From NCBI RefSeq assembly GCF_036321535.1, contig NC_087436.1, forward strand, positions 90,274,001-90,338,000: DNA of 64,000 nt, read 5' to 3'. The notes under the pieces are model-generated. The model was not told where the DNA came from and searched no databases. It saw only the letters and a program-made list of their open reading frames with translations. Positions 51,751-63,582 of the stretch are shown here, one piece after another. Made by a program: the position numbers and the translations under genes. Positions within the stretch are counted from its first letter, which is position 1. Every line of letters begins with the position of its first letter. The stretch comes from Camelus dromedarius. Its lineage: Eukaryota.

Positions 51751-53071
51751 TTATCAACTATTCCAACTGATTAATAAATAATTTCTTCCTAAGTGTGGAA
51801 ATATACTTTCAGTTACTTATAAGGCAAGTTAATATATGACATTAATATTTACTGCCAAATGATTATTAATAATACTAACAAATGACATTACCACTAAAGT
51901 TAGATTTCAAAATAAGCTATATTTGCTTCAAGATTTATCCTAAATGTGAAAACTAAGTTGTTAAAAGACACATTTAAATATATTTATTTATCATGTGTAT
52001 TATAGCTTCATTCTTTTGTGCCTTTTGAAAATATTGCTGGTTAATCATTTCAGTGAGAATTCTGCTTTTTCCACCTCCAATATACAGGCTAGAATCATCA
52101 TTTTACCAACCTTCTTTGTAATTAAAAATGAATTTTACCAATTATACCAATGAGATGTCAAGTGTAAATATGCTACGGAATGTTTCGGAAAAACTTCACT
52201 TTTCTCTTTCTGGGAAATCCCCTGCTCTCTGCCTTGGATCTACGTAAGTGGTCTCCAGCTAATGAAGAACCACTCCAATTAGAGCTCCCTGATACCATTT
52301 GCTTTGTGACTTCTGAACTTCTAACTGATTAAGCAAGTTTGTTTTTTCTGTCATTTGCTTCTGAAAGTATTACTAATTGATGCATTGTGCAAGAGCATGC
52401 CTCATCATTCAGTGATCCATAAAATCAAAGATTTTTATAACCACATGGAAACTCAAAGCTCACTGAGTCAAAATAGTCCATTTCTTTGTCCTAGTATATT
52501 GGGGAAATAATGAAAGTCGAGGTAAGTTGGTTAAGCTTAATCATCTCATTACCACTTAACTAACATAAATTCCTGAATGTTAGATTTCTGCAAACAGTAT
52601 CTCTGATTCCTCAAGTATTATCAGATTGCCTTCCTTAGACTTTACACAAAAGTGCTTAATTTGCATTCTGATGGGATAGCTATTCTATGTAGACAACTTA
52701 GAAAGAATCCTCTAGCAAAAACTAGTTTGTCTAAAATAAAAATAGCAAATTGAAATATTTCCTACATTTTTCCTTCAGTATTCAGACAATGACATACAAT
52801 ATTAGTACAAATATTATTTAACGGGCAGAGAGGAAGTAATCAATCTCCAGAAACTGGAAATATAATCACTCTGACAGCAATAGTACAAACAAATGATGTG
52901 TAATGGATGAGATAAAACCTACAAAATTAATTCAAGTTTTAATAATGGTTTGTAAATGCATGGATTAGGAGCTGAAAATATGCAAGTGCAGTCAAAATTA
53001 TGGGTACAATTTTAGTAAATAAGATTAAAGCAACCATGTAATTGAAATAAGAGGGTAATATATCTGAAGGG

Positions 53072-53495
53072 TTTTTTTAAAATAAACGTTTTATTTTAAA
53101 AGTTTTAGATTTACAGAAAATAATAAAAATAGCATAGAGAATTGCTATATACCCTACACTTCTTCCCCTGTTATTAATGTCTTACATTAGTATGATACAT
53201 TTGACATAAGGAATAAACTGATATTGGTATACTGTTGCTAGCTAAAGTTCACACTTTATTCATATGTTTTAGGCATTTATCTATTATCCTTTTTCTGTTT
53301 CAGAACCCTATCGATATACCACATTAAATTTAGGCTCCTGATGGCTGTGATAGTTTCAAAACTTACTTTGTTTTTGATGATCTTGCCAGTTTTGAGGATT
53401 CCTTCAGGAATTCTACAGAATGCCCCTCTATTGGAGTTGTGCGGTTTTTTTCTGATGGTATAACTGAGTTATGTGTTTTGGGGAGAGAGACCACA
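53072..53495 (-). mobile_element. L1MC1/2-like 3' end
   Basis: GTTTTAGATTTACAGAAAA...TTCCCCTGTTATTAA...TTACATTAGTATG...TTTTTGATGATCTTG...GAATGCCCCTCTATTGG. Confidence 0.8.
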
Positions 53496-55140
53496 TATTG
53501 AGAAGAACTGGTATCTATCTTAACAATATTGAGTCTTCCAATCCATAAACATGAACTTCTTTCCATTAATGTAGATATCTGATTTATTGCATTAGTTTTA
53601 TATTTTTCTGTATAAAGACTCTGTTGCAGCCATTATGGAAAACAGTATGGAGATTCCTCAAAAGACTAAAAATAGTCTTAGCATATAATCCAACAATCCT
53701 ACTCCTGGGCATATCTCTGAAGTGAACTATATTTTGGAAAGATGCCTGCATGCCAATGTTCATAGCAACAATATGTACAATAGCCAAGCCATGGAAACAA
53801 CCTAAATGTCCATCAACAGATGACTGGATAAAGAAATTGTGGTATATTTATACAATCGAATACTACTCAGCCATAAGACGGAATACAATAATGCCATTTG
53901 CAGCAACATGGGTGGACCTAGAGATCATCATTCTAAGTGAAATAAGCCAGAAAGAGAAAGAAGAATACCATACGATATCATTCATATCTGCAATCTAAAA
54001 AAAAAAAAAGAATAAAAGAGGACACTAATGAACTCATCTACAAAACAGAAACAAACTCACAGACATAGTAAACAATCTTATAATAAATTACTGGGGGGAA
54101 GGGGATGGGAAAGGATAAATTTGGGAGTTTGAGATTAGCAAATGTTAGCCACTATATATAAAAATAGATTTAAAAAAACAAGTTTCATCTGTATAGCACA
54201 GGGAACTATATTCAATGTCTGTAATAATCTTTAATGAAAAAGAATATGAAAATGAATATATGTATGTATATGCATGACTGGGACATTGTGCTGTACCCAG
54301 AAATTGACACATTGTAACTGATTGCACTTCAATTTAAAAAACTAAAATAATAACCAAAGAAAAAGAATCTGTATATATTTTGTTAATTTTATACCTAAGT
54401 GTTTCATTTTGTCTGGTGCTATTGTAAACTTTTTTTTTTTTCATTTTAAATTTGAGCTGTTCATTGCTGGTATAAAATAAAGAAATTTGCTTTTGTATCT
54501 TTATATTTTTCAGCCTTCCTGTACTCTTATTAGTACAGCATGTTGTTGGTTCTTTGGGTGCTTCTACATAGATCATCATGCCATTTATGAGCAAACACAC
54601 TTTATTTCTTATTTCCTGATCTGTATATATTTTATTTTTTATTTTGTCTGATTTCATTTCCTTATTGCTAGAATTTCTAGTACAATGTAGAAGAGATGAA
54701 AGAGCATATACTTTCCCAATCTTCCTTATTTTCAATTACAGAGTGAAAGTGTCTAGTTTCTCACCACAGAATATGTCAGCTGTAGGCTTTCTGTAGATGT
54801 TCTTTATGAAGTTGAGAAAGTTCTCCTTTAGTTGTAGTCTGCTGAGTTTTCTTTTTTTTTTTTAATCTTGAATGAGTGTTGGATTTTGTCAAGTATGGTT
54901 TATACATGAAAATTTTATAATCAGGTTTTTTTCTTTCTTATCTTGTTTAAATTTCCATACATTAAAATCTTGTGTAGTTTTATAGCTTTTGCCAATGCAG
55001 ATGTCATGCAGTCACCATTAGAGTATCATACAGAATCGTTGCACCACCCTAAAAAATTCTGTGATTCACTTATTCAACCTGTGGTGGAATATACTGACTG
55101 ATTTTAAATGTTGAACCAGCACCAGTCTTGCATAATAGAT
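53496..55140 (-). mobile_element. Old L1 ORF2 (RT region) remnant, split by a young L1
   Basis: Minus ORFs give WIGRLNIVK (53363-53566) and VCLLINGMMIYVEAPKEPT (54334-54735; decayed SLFADDMIVYVENPKES). Confidence 0.8.
53625..54361 (+). mobile_element. Young 5'-truncated L1: ORF2 C-terminus, 3'UTR and A tail
   Basis: ORF 53750-53998 PMFIA...WKQPKCPSTDDWIKKLWYIYTIEYYSAI; TSD AAAGACTCTGT (53614-53624) / AAAGAATCTGT (54362-54372), 1 mismatch. Confidence 0.92.
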
Positions 55141-55624
55141 ACACATATACACTTACAGATAACATCAGCTACACTGTTATTTTCAGTTCTAAACTTCCTA
55201 TTTGGTTCTTTCTTATATTATGGTAGCTCACTCCTGAAATTTGCAACGTTTCTACTCAGTGTATTTTCTATTATCTTATTAAGCATAGTTATAATGGTTG
55301 CTTTAAAGACTGAGATGATAGGTCATCTCAGAGTTCCTATCTGTTGATTCTTTTCTCCTGCAAAACAGTATCAGTTGCAGCTCTTCTATTTTTCTTGCAA
55401 ATCACACAAAACCTTGACTCTACCTTTAAAATAGATCCAAAATGAGAATTATTGTAAGCCAATAGGATGATTCTTAGAAGGGATGGCTTTCACATTGAAT
55501 TTCAAAGAGCATGTAGGATTTCAACAGAAGATACAAGATAAATAATGTTCAAGACAGAAAAGAATGACATGCAAAAAGTAGTGGAAGTGGAACAGAAAGA
55601 AGTGGAGCAAAGTATATGGGTGAG

Positions 55625-55875
55625 TATAGTATAAAGAGGTTCTTGAGCATTGCAGTGAGATAGATCTGTATTCAAATTCTGGCTCACCAAATTGCTTAAA
55701 GTGTAACTTTGAGCATCTCACAAACCTCCCTAACCTTATCTATATAAATGTAAACACAGAAATAAAATAATTATTTTGAAGATTTTTGCTTGTGGCAATT
55801 AAAAAGTATTATATAGTTCAAAATAGATAACATAGCACTTAGAATACAGTAGACATTTAATAAATGCTTCCTACT
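55625..55875 (+). mobile_element. MIR SINE
   Basis: AGATAGATCTGTATTCAAATTCTGGCTC...TGTAACTTTGAGCA...CAGTAGACATTTAATAAATG. Confidence 0.65.
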
Positions 55876-56224
55876 TTTACCCTTCTTTCTATCAGATTCT
55901 GCCAAAAAAAAATCATTATTATTGCTTACTTAAAGAATTCTTGCTTCCTCATCAATGGTGTCATATTTTGTAAGGGCAATACTAAGTGAAATCTGTTTTG
56001 TTTGTTTGACAATTTTTTAATATAACAAGTACAGAAGTTATTCTGACATACTATATAATATATATATTTATATATTTTATTATATATGGTATATAATATA
56101 AAATCATTGGCACTTATTGAGGACATGAAATTAAATCATACTTCCACAATGGTAAATCTTAATGATGGAAAATAAACTGGGGAGAAGTTACCCATATATG
56201 ATTTAAATTTTAGCTCTTTAGTGT

Positions 56225-56335
56225 ATCATTTATTCATTGATGCATTAGTATTTATCAAATGCTTATTAAATTTCGGGCACTGTTTTAGGTATGAGGGCTA
56301 CAGTAGTGAACAGACAATCAAAGTGTCGCTCCCTG
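56225..56335 (-). mobile_element. L2 3' end
   Basis: TCATTTATTCATT...GGGCACTGTTTTAGGTATGAGGGCTACAGTAGTGAACAGAC. Confidence 0.7.
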
Positions 56336-56744
56336 GGTGTGATCTAACCTAAAACTAAGAACCTAGCATCCCTGGGGGTGGTAGCAGAGAAACAGCTGCT
56401 AAAAATGGACAAGCATAATAATATATTTTCGTACGTAAGTCTCCAAAATTCCAACTGAACTGCTATAAATGATAAAGAAAAGCCTGATGCAGCAGCTAAG
56501 CAATGCCTTCCAGTGCTGTCACCCTCACTACTGGCTATTCCTCAGGCTGACAGCAATAAGAGTTTAGCAGTTTTCAAAATACCAAAAAGAAAGGTATACT
56601 TCCTCTTAAGGCACTTTTTACCTGTACCATCTGTCTTGATATTCATTTCAGCCCCTAGAACCACATATAACAGAATTTACAGCCTACATGTTACAATAAA
56701 GAAAGGGGGCCATTATACTTCAAAATCAGTCAAACAAACAAATT

Positions 56745-57135
56745 AACTAACTAATAGAAAAAGATATTAGATTTGTGGTGACCAAAAGTGGGGAATAAGG
56801 GGGAGGAGTAATTGGATGAAAACAATCAAAATGTGCAAACTTCCAGTTATAATATAAATAAGTACTAGTGATGTACAACATAATAAATATAATTTTAACA
56901 CTGTTGTATGTTATATATGAAAGTTGTTAAGAGAGTAAATCCTAAGAGATCTCAGCACAGAAAAATTTTTTTCTATTTCCTTAATTTTGTATCAATATGA
57001 TATGATGGATATTCACTAAATTTACTGTGATAATCACTTGATGATGTATGTAAGTCAAATCATTATCCTGAACCCCTTAAACTCATACAGTGCTGTATGT
57101 TAACTATATCTCAGTAAGACTGGAAGAAAAAGTAA
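56745..57135 (+). mobile_element. L1MA9-like 3'UTR
   Basis: CAAACTTCCAGTTATAA...AAAGTTGTTAAGAGAGTAAATCCTAA...GTCAAATCATTAT...TATATCTCAGTAAGACTGGAAGAAAA. Confidence 0.8.
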
Positions 57136-57559
57136 ACAAATAATTTCTTTTTTTGCAAAGAATAAAAGAAAGAAAATGAAAGGGAGTTGTGCCCAGACTT
57201 CAAGTCTCCTCATGCACAGTCTTGAGCACACTCTCCAGGTCTCACAACCACACAGTTTTATGCTCTGATTTTTAGTTAAATATGTGATTTTCATTGAAAA
57301 TTGTGCCAACCTCTTTATGGATTCTCTAGAGAATAATGGCTGATGTTTTTACTCTTCTGATTTATCTTTTGTCACTTCTGCAATATGTGATCTCTGTTAT
57401 TTGGTTCTGAAACCCATTTGTTTTTCTAAACTTCTGACTATTTACAATTTAATACTGCATACTGCAGTGTAGAATCATATAATATTTATATTCTATATTT
57501 AGAAATTATTGTATCTTTAAAATCATACAAAATTGTGAGATGTTGAAATTCTGATATAT

Positions 57560-57905
57560 TGACTAGATTTTCATTCAGCTGTAGGGAGCAGAAATACCTA
57601 TTACAGTACTTTTATTTACTAAGAGTTTTATTTGTCTCTTGTGAAAGAAGCCTAATGACAGGCATTCCAGGATTAGTACAGTAGTTCAACAAGGTTAGCA
57701 GGAAACAACAATTCTTATTTTCCCTATTTTGCCATCTTGCAATTTGGTTCTACCTCAAGGAAGCAAGATGACCACTGCACTTCCAGGCATCTTGTCATAC
57801 CAGAAAGAAAAACAAGAATGAATTGGTAAAGCGAAGCCTTCGGCAGGGACTCATACCTACATCTCATTGGCCGGCAATGTGTCACATATTCATTGTTAGC
57901 TGAAA
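57560..57905 (-). mobile_element. MaLR LTR (MLT1J-like)
   Basis: GCAAGATGACCACTGCACTTCCAGGCATC...CATCTCATTGGCC...TGTGTCACAT. Confidence 0.7.
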
Positions 57906-58154
57906 CAGAAGCGAAACCCTTAATGATGTTCAAATTTTGATGCTCAGAAGTAGAGAAAGACAAGGGAAAATGAGATTGAAATGAGAATTATACTGAACAT
58001 TTGCTACACTGAATAAACTAACAAATGCAGATGAATGACTGTGACACGTACTACATAAAATGAATCTCATAACCCTCTGAGATCCTGAAATGATATCCTA
58101 GAGATATAAAACCTCTATGTTTTTGACAAGTTACAATAATGAAACTAATTATGT

Positions 58155-58305
58155 CTAATATTTATTGAATAGCTATTATGTCCTAGATATTGTTTTAACT
58201 TCATTACTGTATTAACTAATTTAATTTCCTCATAACTTATGAGACTTGTACTATTAGGCCCATTTGACAGATGAGGAAACAAAGGCAAAATAAGAGGTTA
58301 TTTCT
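58155..58305 (-). mobile_element. MIR SINE
   Basis: TATTTATTGAATAGCTATTATGT...CCCATTTGACAGATGAGGAAAC. Confidence 0.75.
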
Positions 58306-58868
58306 CATCCTAATTATTCACACAGATGACTACTTTTATATTGGCACAAGAGTGATCTAGCATATATATTAGGTGCAAGTAGCATTGATATAGTAAGTTC
58401 AAAAGAATACATACTAGGAAACCAGGGAATAGTGTCTGGAGGATATGCACTCAATGTTGCTGATAAGGCAACTGTCATCCAGAGAAGTGAAACAAAGAGG
58501 AATCAGTTTGTTATTTACTTCCTATCATGTCATCATTCCATAAATTACAGCTGTTTGAAAAAGTGATCTATCATAATACAAGATCAGTTCTCTAATTTTG
58601 TCTTGGGTCAGCCCTTTGTCAAAATACAACAACAAAATAATAGTAGTATGAAATCAAGTATCACTAACAATGAGTAATTAATCACTTGAATTTCTTGGTA
58701 GCTGCTGTTATTTGACTTAGCAACAAAGGTTAAAGAACTTTACTGACAAAAAAAGTAGAAAGCAAAATGATTTCCCTTCTGAATGTTTCCACCTATAGGT
58801 TATATCATTAAAGCCATAAAATGGAAACCTAAATTGCAACCTGGCTCTTGGAGGTAACTTCCATTATA

Positions 58869-58965
58869 GGGGGGAATGTATAGCTCAAGTGGTAGAGTGC
58901 ATGCTTAGCATGCATGAGGTCCTACGTTCAATCCCCAGTACCTCCTCCAAAAATAAATAAACAAA
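58869..58965 (+). mobile_element. tRNA-derived SINE, camelid Vic-1 type (short form)
   Basis: GGGGGGAATGTATAGCTCAAGTGGTAGAG (box A)...GTTCAATCCCC (box B) plus A-rich tail; perfect 14-bp TSD TAACTTCCATTATA (58855-58868 and 58966-58979). Confidence 0.9.
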
Positions 58966-59784
58966 TAACTTCCATTATAAATGGTCCAAATTTCAGATTG
59001 GGTTTATGAACATATTGTTAATCCTAAAGCGTAACAATGATTATATAAAATTCAGTTTTTGCATTTCATTGCCATCTTCAGATAAGGTTATACCCCACCA
59101 TGGTATATCCCTATTATCCTGTGACATTCTCTTACACAGAGAAATTGCCTGTGGTTTTCCCTTTAAGCTGTTGCTAACTTTGCTTGTGATTAAATGATGA
59201 ACAGGCATAGCATCAAGGTTATCTCTAGAGTGACAACTGGCATTATGAAAATGATGGTGGTAGATGTTAAAATAAAATAAATAAAAGTACGTAATTTATT
59301 GGAGTATTTTGCTTTAAATAAGTTTTTCATTCTGCTATATTATTGATTTCAACACATTTTGTGAGATGTCTTATTGTTCTACTGACCATTTGAAGTATTT
59401 GTATATTAGATGATGTGTTTGGAGCCCAGCCCATATATTAGTATGCTGGGTGCTGTATTATTATTTACAAAGCATATTCATCTATTTGCACTAATAATTT
59501 CTGTAAACATTTAATTTGATGACTAAAATAAGTGCTTGTATTTAAATATATTGTATAGCACTTTAATTTAATACAGCACTAAGGTTTATAATTATAGGAA
59601 TGGAGTAGGTCCTTTTTTGCTGCTTAATTCCACAGTTGTTTTCAGGGCTCAACAAATCTCTTCTGATACCTCCAAAAGTTTTCAATGCAAGAGTAATGGT
59701 TAATTCAAGTGGAGTACTTAGGTAATAATTTCTTTCATAGCCTTTACCTAGATTATTAGGCTATTCCTATAGTATGTTAGTTTT

Positions 59785-59965
59785 CAAAATGCCTTCACGC
59801 ATAATTCTCATAATAAACCTGGAATATAGACGTTATTATCAAATTGTTACATGTGAGAAAGTGAGGCTTGGACAAGTGAATAAGCCTTTCCAATTTCATT
59901 CAGCTATTAGAGTCCACAAATGTAGATTTGACCCAGGAAGTTTTCTGCAAATCTCATGCATTTTC
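59785..59965 (-). mobile_element. MIR SINE
   Basis: TAATTCTCATAATAAACCT...TTACATGTGAGAAAGTGAGGCTT...GATTTGACCCAGG. Confidence 0.65.
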
Positions 59966-60699
59966 CATCACATTAGAGTCACCTATTGATGAGTGTTCAG
60001 TTGGTGACTATAACCATCTGTGCCTACATTCTTTGTGGTCTTTCTCTTCTACCTGGACAAAAACTTTATCAGGAGTATTCTGAGCATGTGATGGTGATTT
60101 ACCTCATATCTAAAGGGGAAACAAAACTTATCTTCAGTTGGTGGAGAATAAGTTTTTTCACTTTAAAAGTGATGACCCACTATGATGTTCTTGACTTTTT
60201 TTATTCTCTAAAAAGGGGAATTTAATGATTTTCTAGTTGGGTCTCTAAATTTTGGTTAACTGAACCTGAAACAATAAAGATTTTTGTTATCTTACAGAGC
60301 TGAGAAAATCCTCTCCTGACATTTCTGAAACTACCTCTAAGAACCTTAGAATGTTTTAATTTTTCTATATACATTTATTCAAGTTAAATTCTAAATAAAA
60401 TCACCGTAAGATTCTGCACTAAAGCTAACTTTCCAAATTAGTTTCCAAGATGTACCTTGCTTAAGTTCTGTTTTGTTGCTATTCTTTTATTTGGTTATTT
60501 ATTTTAGTCATTGGTAAAGGATTAATTTCTCTAAACCCCACGTATGTGAGCATCTGGCTTACCCCAAAGGAAAACACAATAATGGGCTGAAACAGAAGAC
60601 AACAATCTCCACAGCAGACTTCATCTGTCCAAGTAAGTTCTTCACATAGATTGTTATCAAGTATATCATTATTTACTTTCCAGAGTACTTCTCATTAAA

Positions 60700-61060
60700 A
60701 GCATAATAGGAAAAAACTGAGTTCTAAAGAACTTTTAAAATACTCTCTCTTCCAATACCTTTTAAAATTATAACCAATAGAAATGATGTAATACATAACA
60801 ACAAAGACAACAGGAGAAAGTAAGAATTTGAATATCTGCATTTGAGAGCTTTCAACACTCGGAAACTGGCAAGCAGGCCAAGTGAGAATACTCCACGTGC
60901 TAGAGCAGTCACAGGCCCATTGGAGTAGAGGAGGAGACTGAGCTTCCTGGCAGGACCCCTGAGAAGCTTCGAACTAGACATGGCAGCAAGAGTGAAAATT
61001 AGGATGACAGAAAGGGGATTAATTAAAATTCTGTATGTGGAACAGTGGCCAATCATGAGC
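60700..61060 (+). mobile_element. Possible HAL1/L1M 5' region remnant
   Basis: CAACAAAGACAACAGGAGA...ATTAAAATTCTGTATGTGGAACAG resembles HAL1 5' sequence; weak. Confidence 0.35.
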
Positions 61061-61222
61061 CTTCTCAACTCAGTCAATTAAGTGTATCTTGTATTGGGCA
61101 CATACTCCCTCAAAATAAACACAAAACTAATAAAAGAGGGGATGTGGAATTTTTTTTCAAAATTTCAGTAGTTAGTGTGGATTTAGGCTCCCCCATATAA
61201 ATGCTCCCCTATTCTAAAATTT

Positions 61223-61359
61223 GGGGGGAGGATATAGCTCAGCAGTAGAGCACATGCTTAGCAAGCACAAGGCCCTGGGTTCAATCCCTGGTACCTCCAT
61301 TAAAAATAAATAAATAAGCCTAATTATCCCCTCCCAAGAAAAAATAAAACAAAATAAAA
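61223..61359 (+). mobile_element. tRNA-derived SINE, camelid Vic-1 type (with CCTAATTA-C-rich tail segment)
   Basis: GGGGGGAGGATATAGCTCAGCAGTAGAG...GGGTTCAATCCCTGGTACCTCCA-TTAAAAATAAATAAAT-AAGCCTAATTATCCCCTCCC then A-rich tail; TSD TAAAATTTGGG (61215-61225 and 61360-61370). Confidence 0.9.
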
Positions 61360-61508
61360 TAAAATTTGGGAAGCCTGCTTTGTAATATTCAGCTACCCCA
61401 GGTCTCCTAAGGGAATGATAGGCAGAAACTAGAAAAGATTTGTAAAATATAGAAGCATTCCCCATCAATTATCAGAAATGCTAATCAAATAATAAAATAC
61501 AGAGTTAT

Positions 61509-61710
61509 TGTAGCAGTCAGGGTACTATCAGAGAAATGGAACAGAGGACAGAATGAAATATATATATATGACATACATAAATATATTTTATATATATATT
61601 TAGGATTATTTCAAAGAATTGGCTTATTCAATCATAACGTTTGTAGGCAAGTCTGAAATTTATAGGGCAAGCCAACAGACTGGAAATTCTAGGACGGAAG
61701 CTGAAGAAGA
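61509..61710 (-). mobile_element. MLT2 (ERVL LTR) 3' fragment
   Basis: TGTAGCAGTCAGGGTACTATCAGAGAAA...(TA)n...AAGAATTGGCTTA...GGCAAGTCTGAAATTTATAGGGCAAGCC. Confidence 0.75.
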
Positions 61711-61769
61711 TATTCCCCCTACAGATTGTAGCTTCGTGCAGTCATATTTAATTGTTAACAAGAAAAGAA

Positions 61770-61960
61770 ATCCTGATAGAAGTTACAGAGATTTGAGTAT
61801 GTACACATTGTCTGATTTAATCCTCCCAAAAAGCCTGTCAGGAAAATGTAATTACCATGTCCACTTTACAGATGATGATTATGAAATTGATAGGTAAATT
61901 TCTCAAAATCAGACTAGCTGACTCAAAGACTCAATTCATGATGGAGACAATGTCCAACTC
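61770..61960 (-). mobile_element. MIR fragment
   Basis: TTTAATCCTCCCAAAAGCCTG...CCACTTTACAGATGATGA. Confidence 0.6.
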
Positions 61961-62117
61961 TGAATCTCTTTTTGTTAAAGATATTGTCATAGTTCATTAC
62001 ACGAAAAAAGATCTGCTTGCTTATGCACTTAGTTTAGCCTTTCTCAATTGGATTTAGCTAATATCTGTTGAGTACTGCTATGTGTCAGGGATCACGGGAA
62101 CACACAAAGCACCACAC

Positions 62118-62345
62118 CATAGCAGTTAAAGCAGACTCTGGAGCGATATTTCCTCGATTGAATCACTGCATTTCCTCTCATAGTGCTATGACCTTGGGAA
62201 AATAACCTTTTCATTTCCTCATCTGTAAAATGGATCAAAACATCATCTACTTCATGTGTTAACGAGGACTAAATAAATTAATGCATGTAAAGAACAGTGT
62301 GTTCAAAGAATGGACATGTGATATGAGTTAGCTTTTATTATCATT
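62118..62345 (+). mobile_element. MIR SINE
   Basis: CAGTTAAAGCAGACTCTGGAGC...ATGACCTTGGG...TTTCCTCATCTGTAAAATGG...AATGCATGTAAAG. Confidence 0.8.
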
Positions 62346-63430
62346 CATTCAGAAACAATTTAGTGAATTTTGTCCATGTGCCAGGCACTCCACTAGGTCC
62401 TCAACTCAAAAACAAAATGGCTGATCTCTTGTTCACAATCTATTAAACTTTTATTCAACATTTTCCTCATCTTCACTTAAGCCTTCAGATAATATTTTCT
62501 GTGAAACTTTAAAATTCTTTTTTATTTCTTTTAGCTTTTAGCCATTACAGACAAAACTGCAAAAAATGTAATGTAATTCCTTTTAGCAGCAGAACCTGAC
62601 CTGACCTGAACTGACATGAATCTATTTAGATTCCTTATTTATATCCCTAGTGTAAATATTCATACGTTTTGCTGAATAAAAACTATGATCTTATTGCAGG
62701 GGTTGCTGCAGGCTTTCCTGAAGTATGCTGTGACATTTGGTCTATGTTTGCTCTTGCATATCTAAAATAAAAATTTCTTTGAATTCTGAGCATATGTGGT
62801 CCTCAGGGCTTTGATAAGGAATTGTGGAGGTGTATCTGAATTTATTGAGTACTTGTTCTGTGCAGACTGAAAATACAATAAGGCAAATATAATTTCAGTG
62901 TAGCAATACAGAGAAAAATGAAATAAAATCAGATGAAATAAAATAGTTGCAGGTTGTAAAAACTGCCAGAGATAGAGAAAAATAGGTGTTGGGTACTTTA
63001 AATAAAGATGTTAGGGAAGACCGCATAGTAAATGAGACATATATATATTATATCAATAGGAAATATTTTCTATGTTCAGAAGTTTTAAACAATAACAAAA
63101 CGGATGTTGAATTTGCTGAATGTAAAATGAAAAAAATGTATGCATTTATGATTAGCTACATGATCACATATCAATTCTGTCTTGCATGGTAAGCATCCTT
63201 TAAAAAGTGGTTCTCATAATGGTCTTCAAAGCTCCTACAGTTGCACAGTCATAAATATTCAGCAGTATATGAAAATGTATAAGCTGAAATTTTAGGGCAA
63301 TTTCTAAGTTCAATAAAACTCATTGAAACCAGCAGTTATTTAAATACAGAGAGAATTTGTATTAGGTGTAGATAAACAGACAAGGTCTATTACACTGATA
63401 GGATAATGCCATTTCAAGACTAAAGTACAT

Positions 63431-63582
63431 TCTTTTTCTTATTTTCGCAGGGTCCATTGCAAGAATTGTTATTCAGATCGTCGCATCTATTTAAACCGAT
63501 TCAAATGCTATCGCATCTGATTAGCGCAGTGGGTTAGAACAAGGTCTTATTAAGCGTAGTCACTTTTTGGCCTCAGGTTAAT
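63431..63582 (+). other. Unique CpG-retaining element; candidate non-coding exon (63451-63576) or regulatory element
   Basis: Acceptor TCTTTTTCTTATTTTCGCAG|G; 7 CpGs in 63446-63556; weak donor CAG|GTTAAT; stops in all three frames. Confidence 0.3.

Noticed and set aside
58869..58945. Functional tRNA-Ala gene (also 61223-61298)
   Set aside because: Both have extra 5' G-runs, A-rich tails and TSDs, so they are SINE retrocopies.
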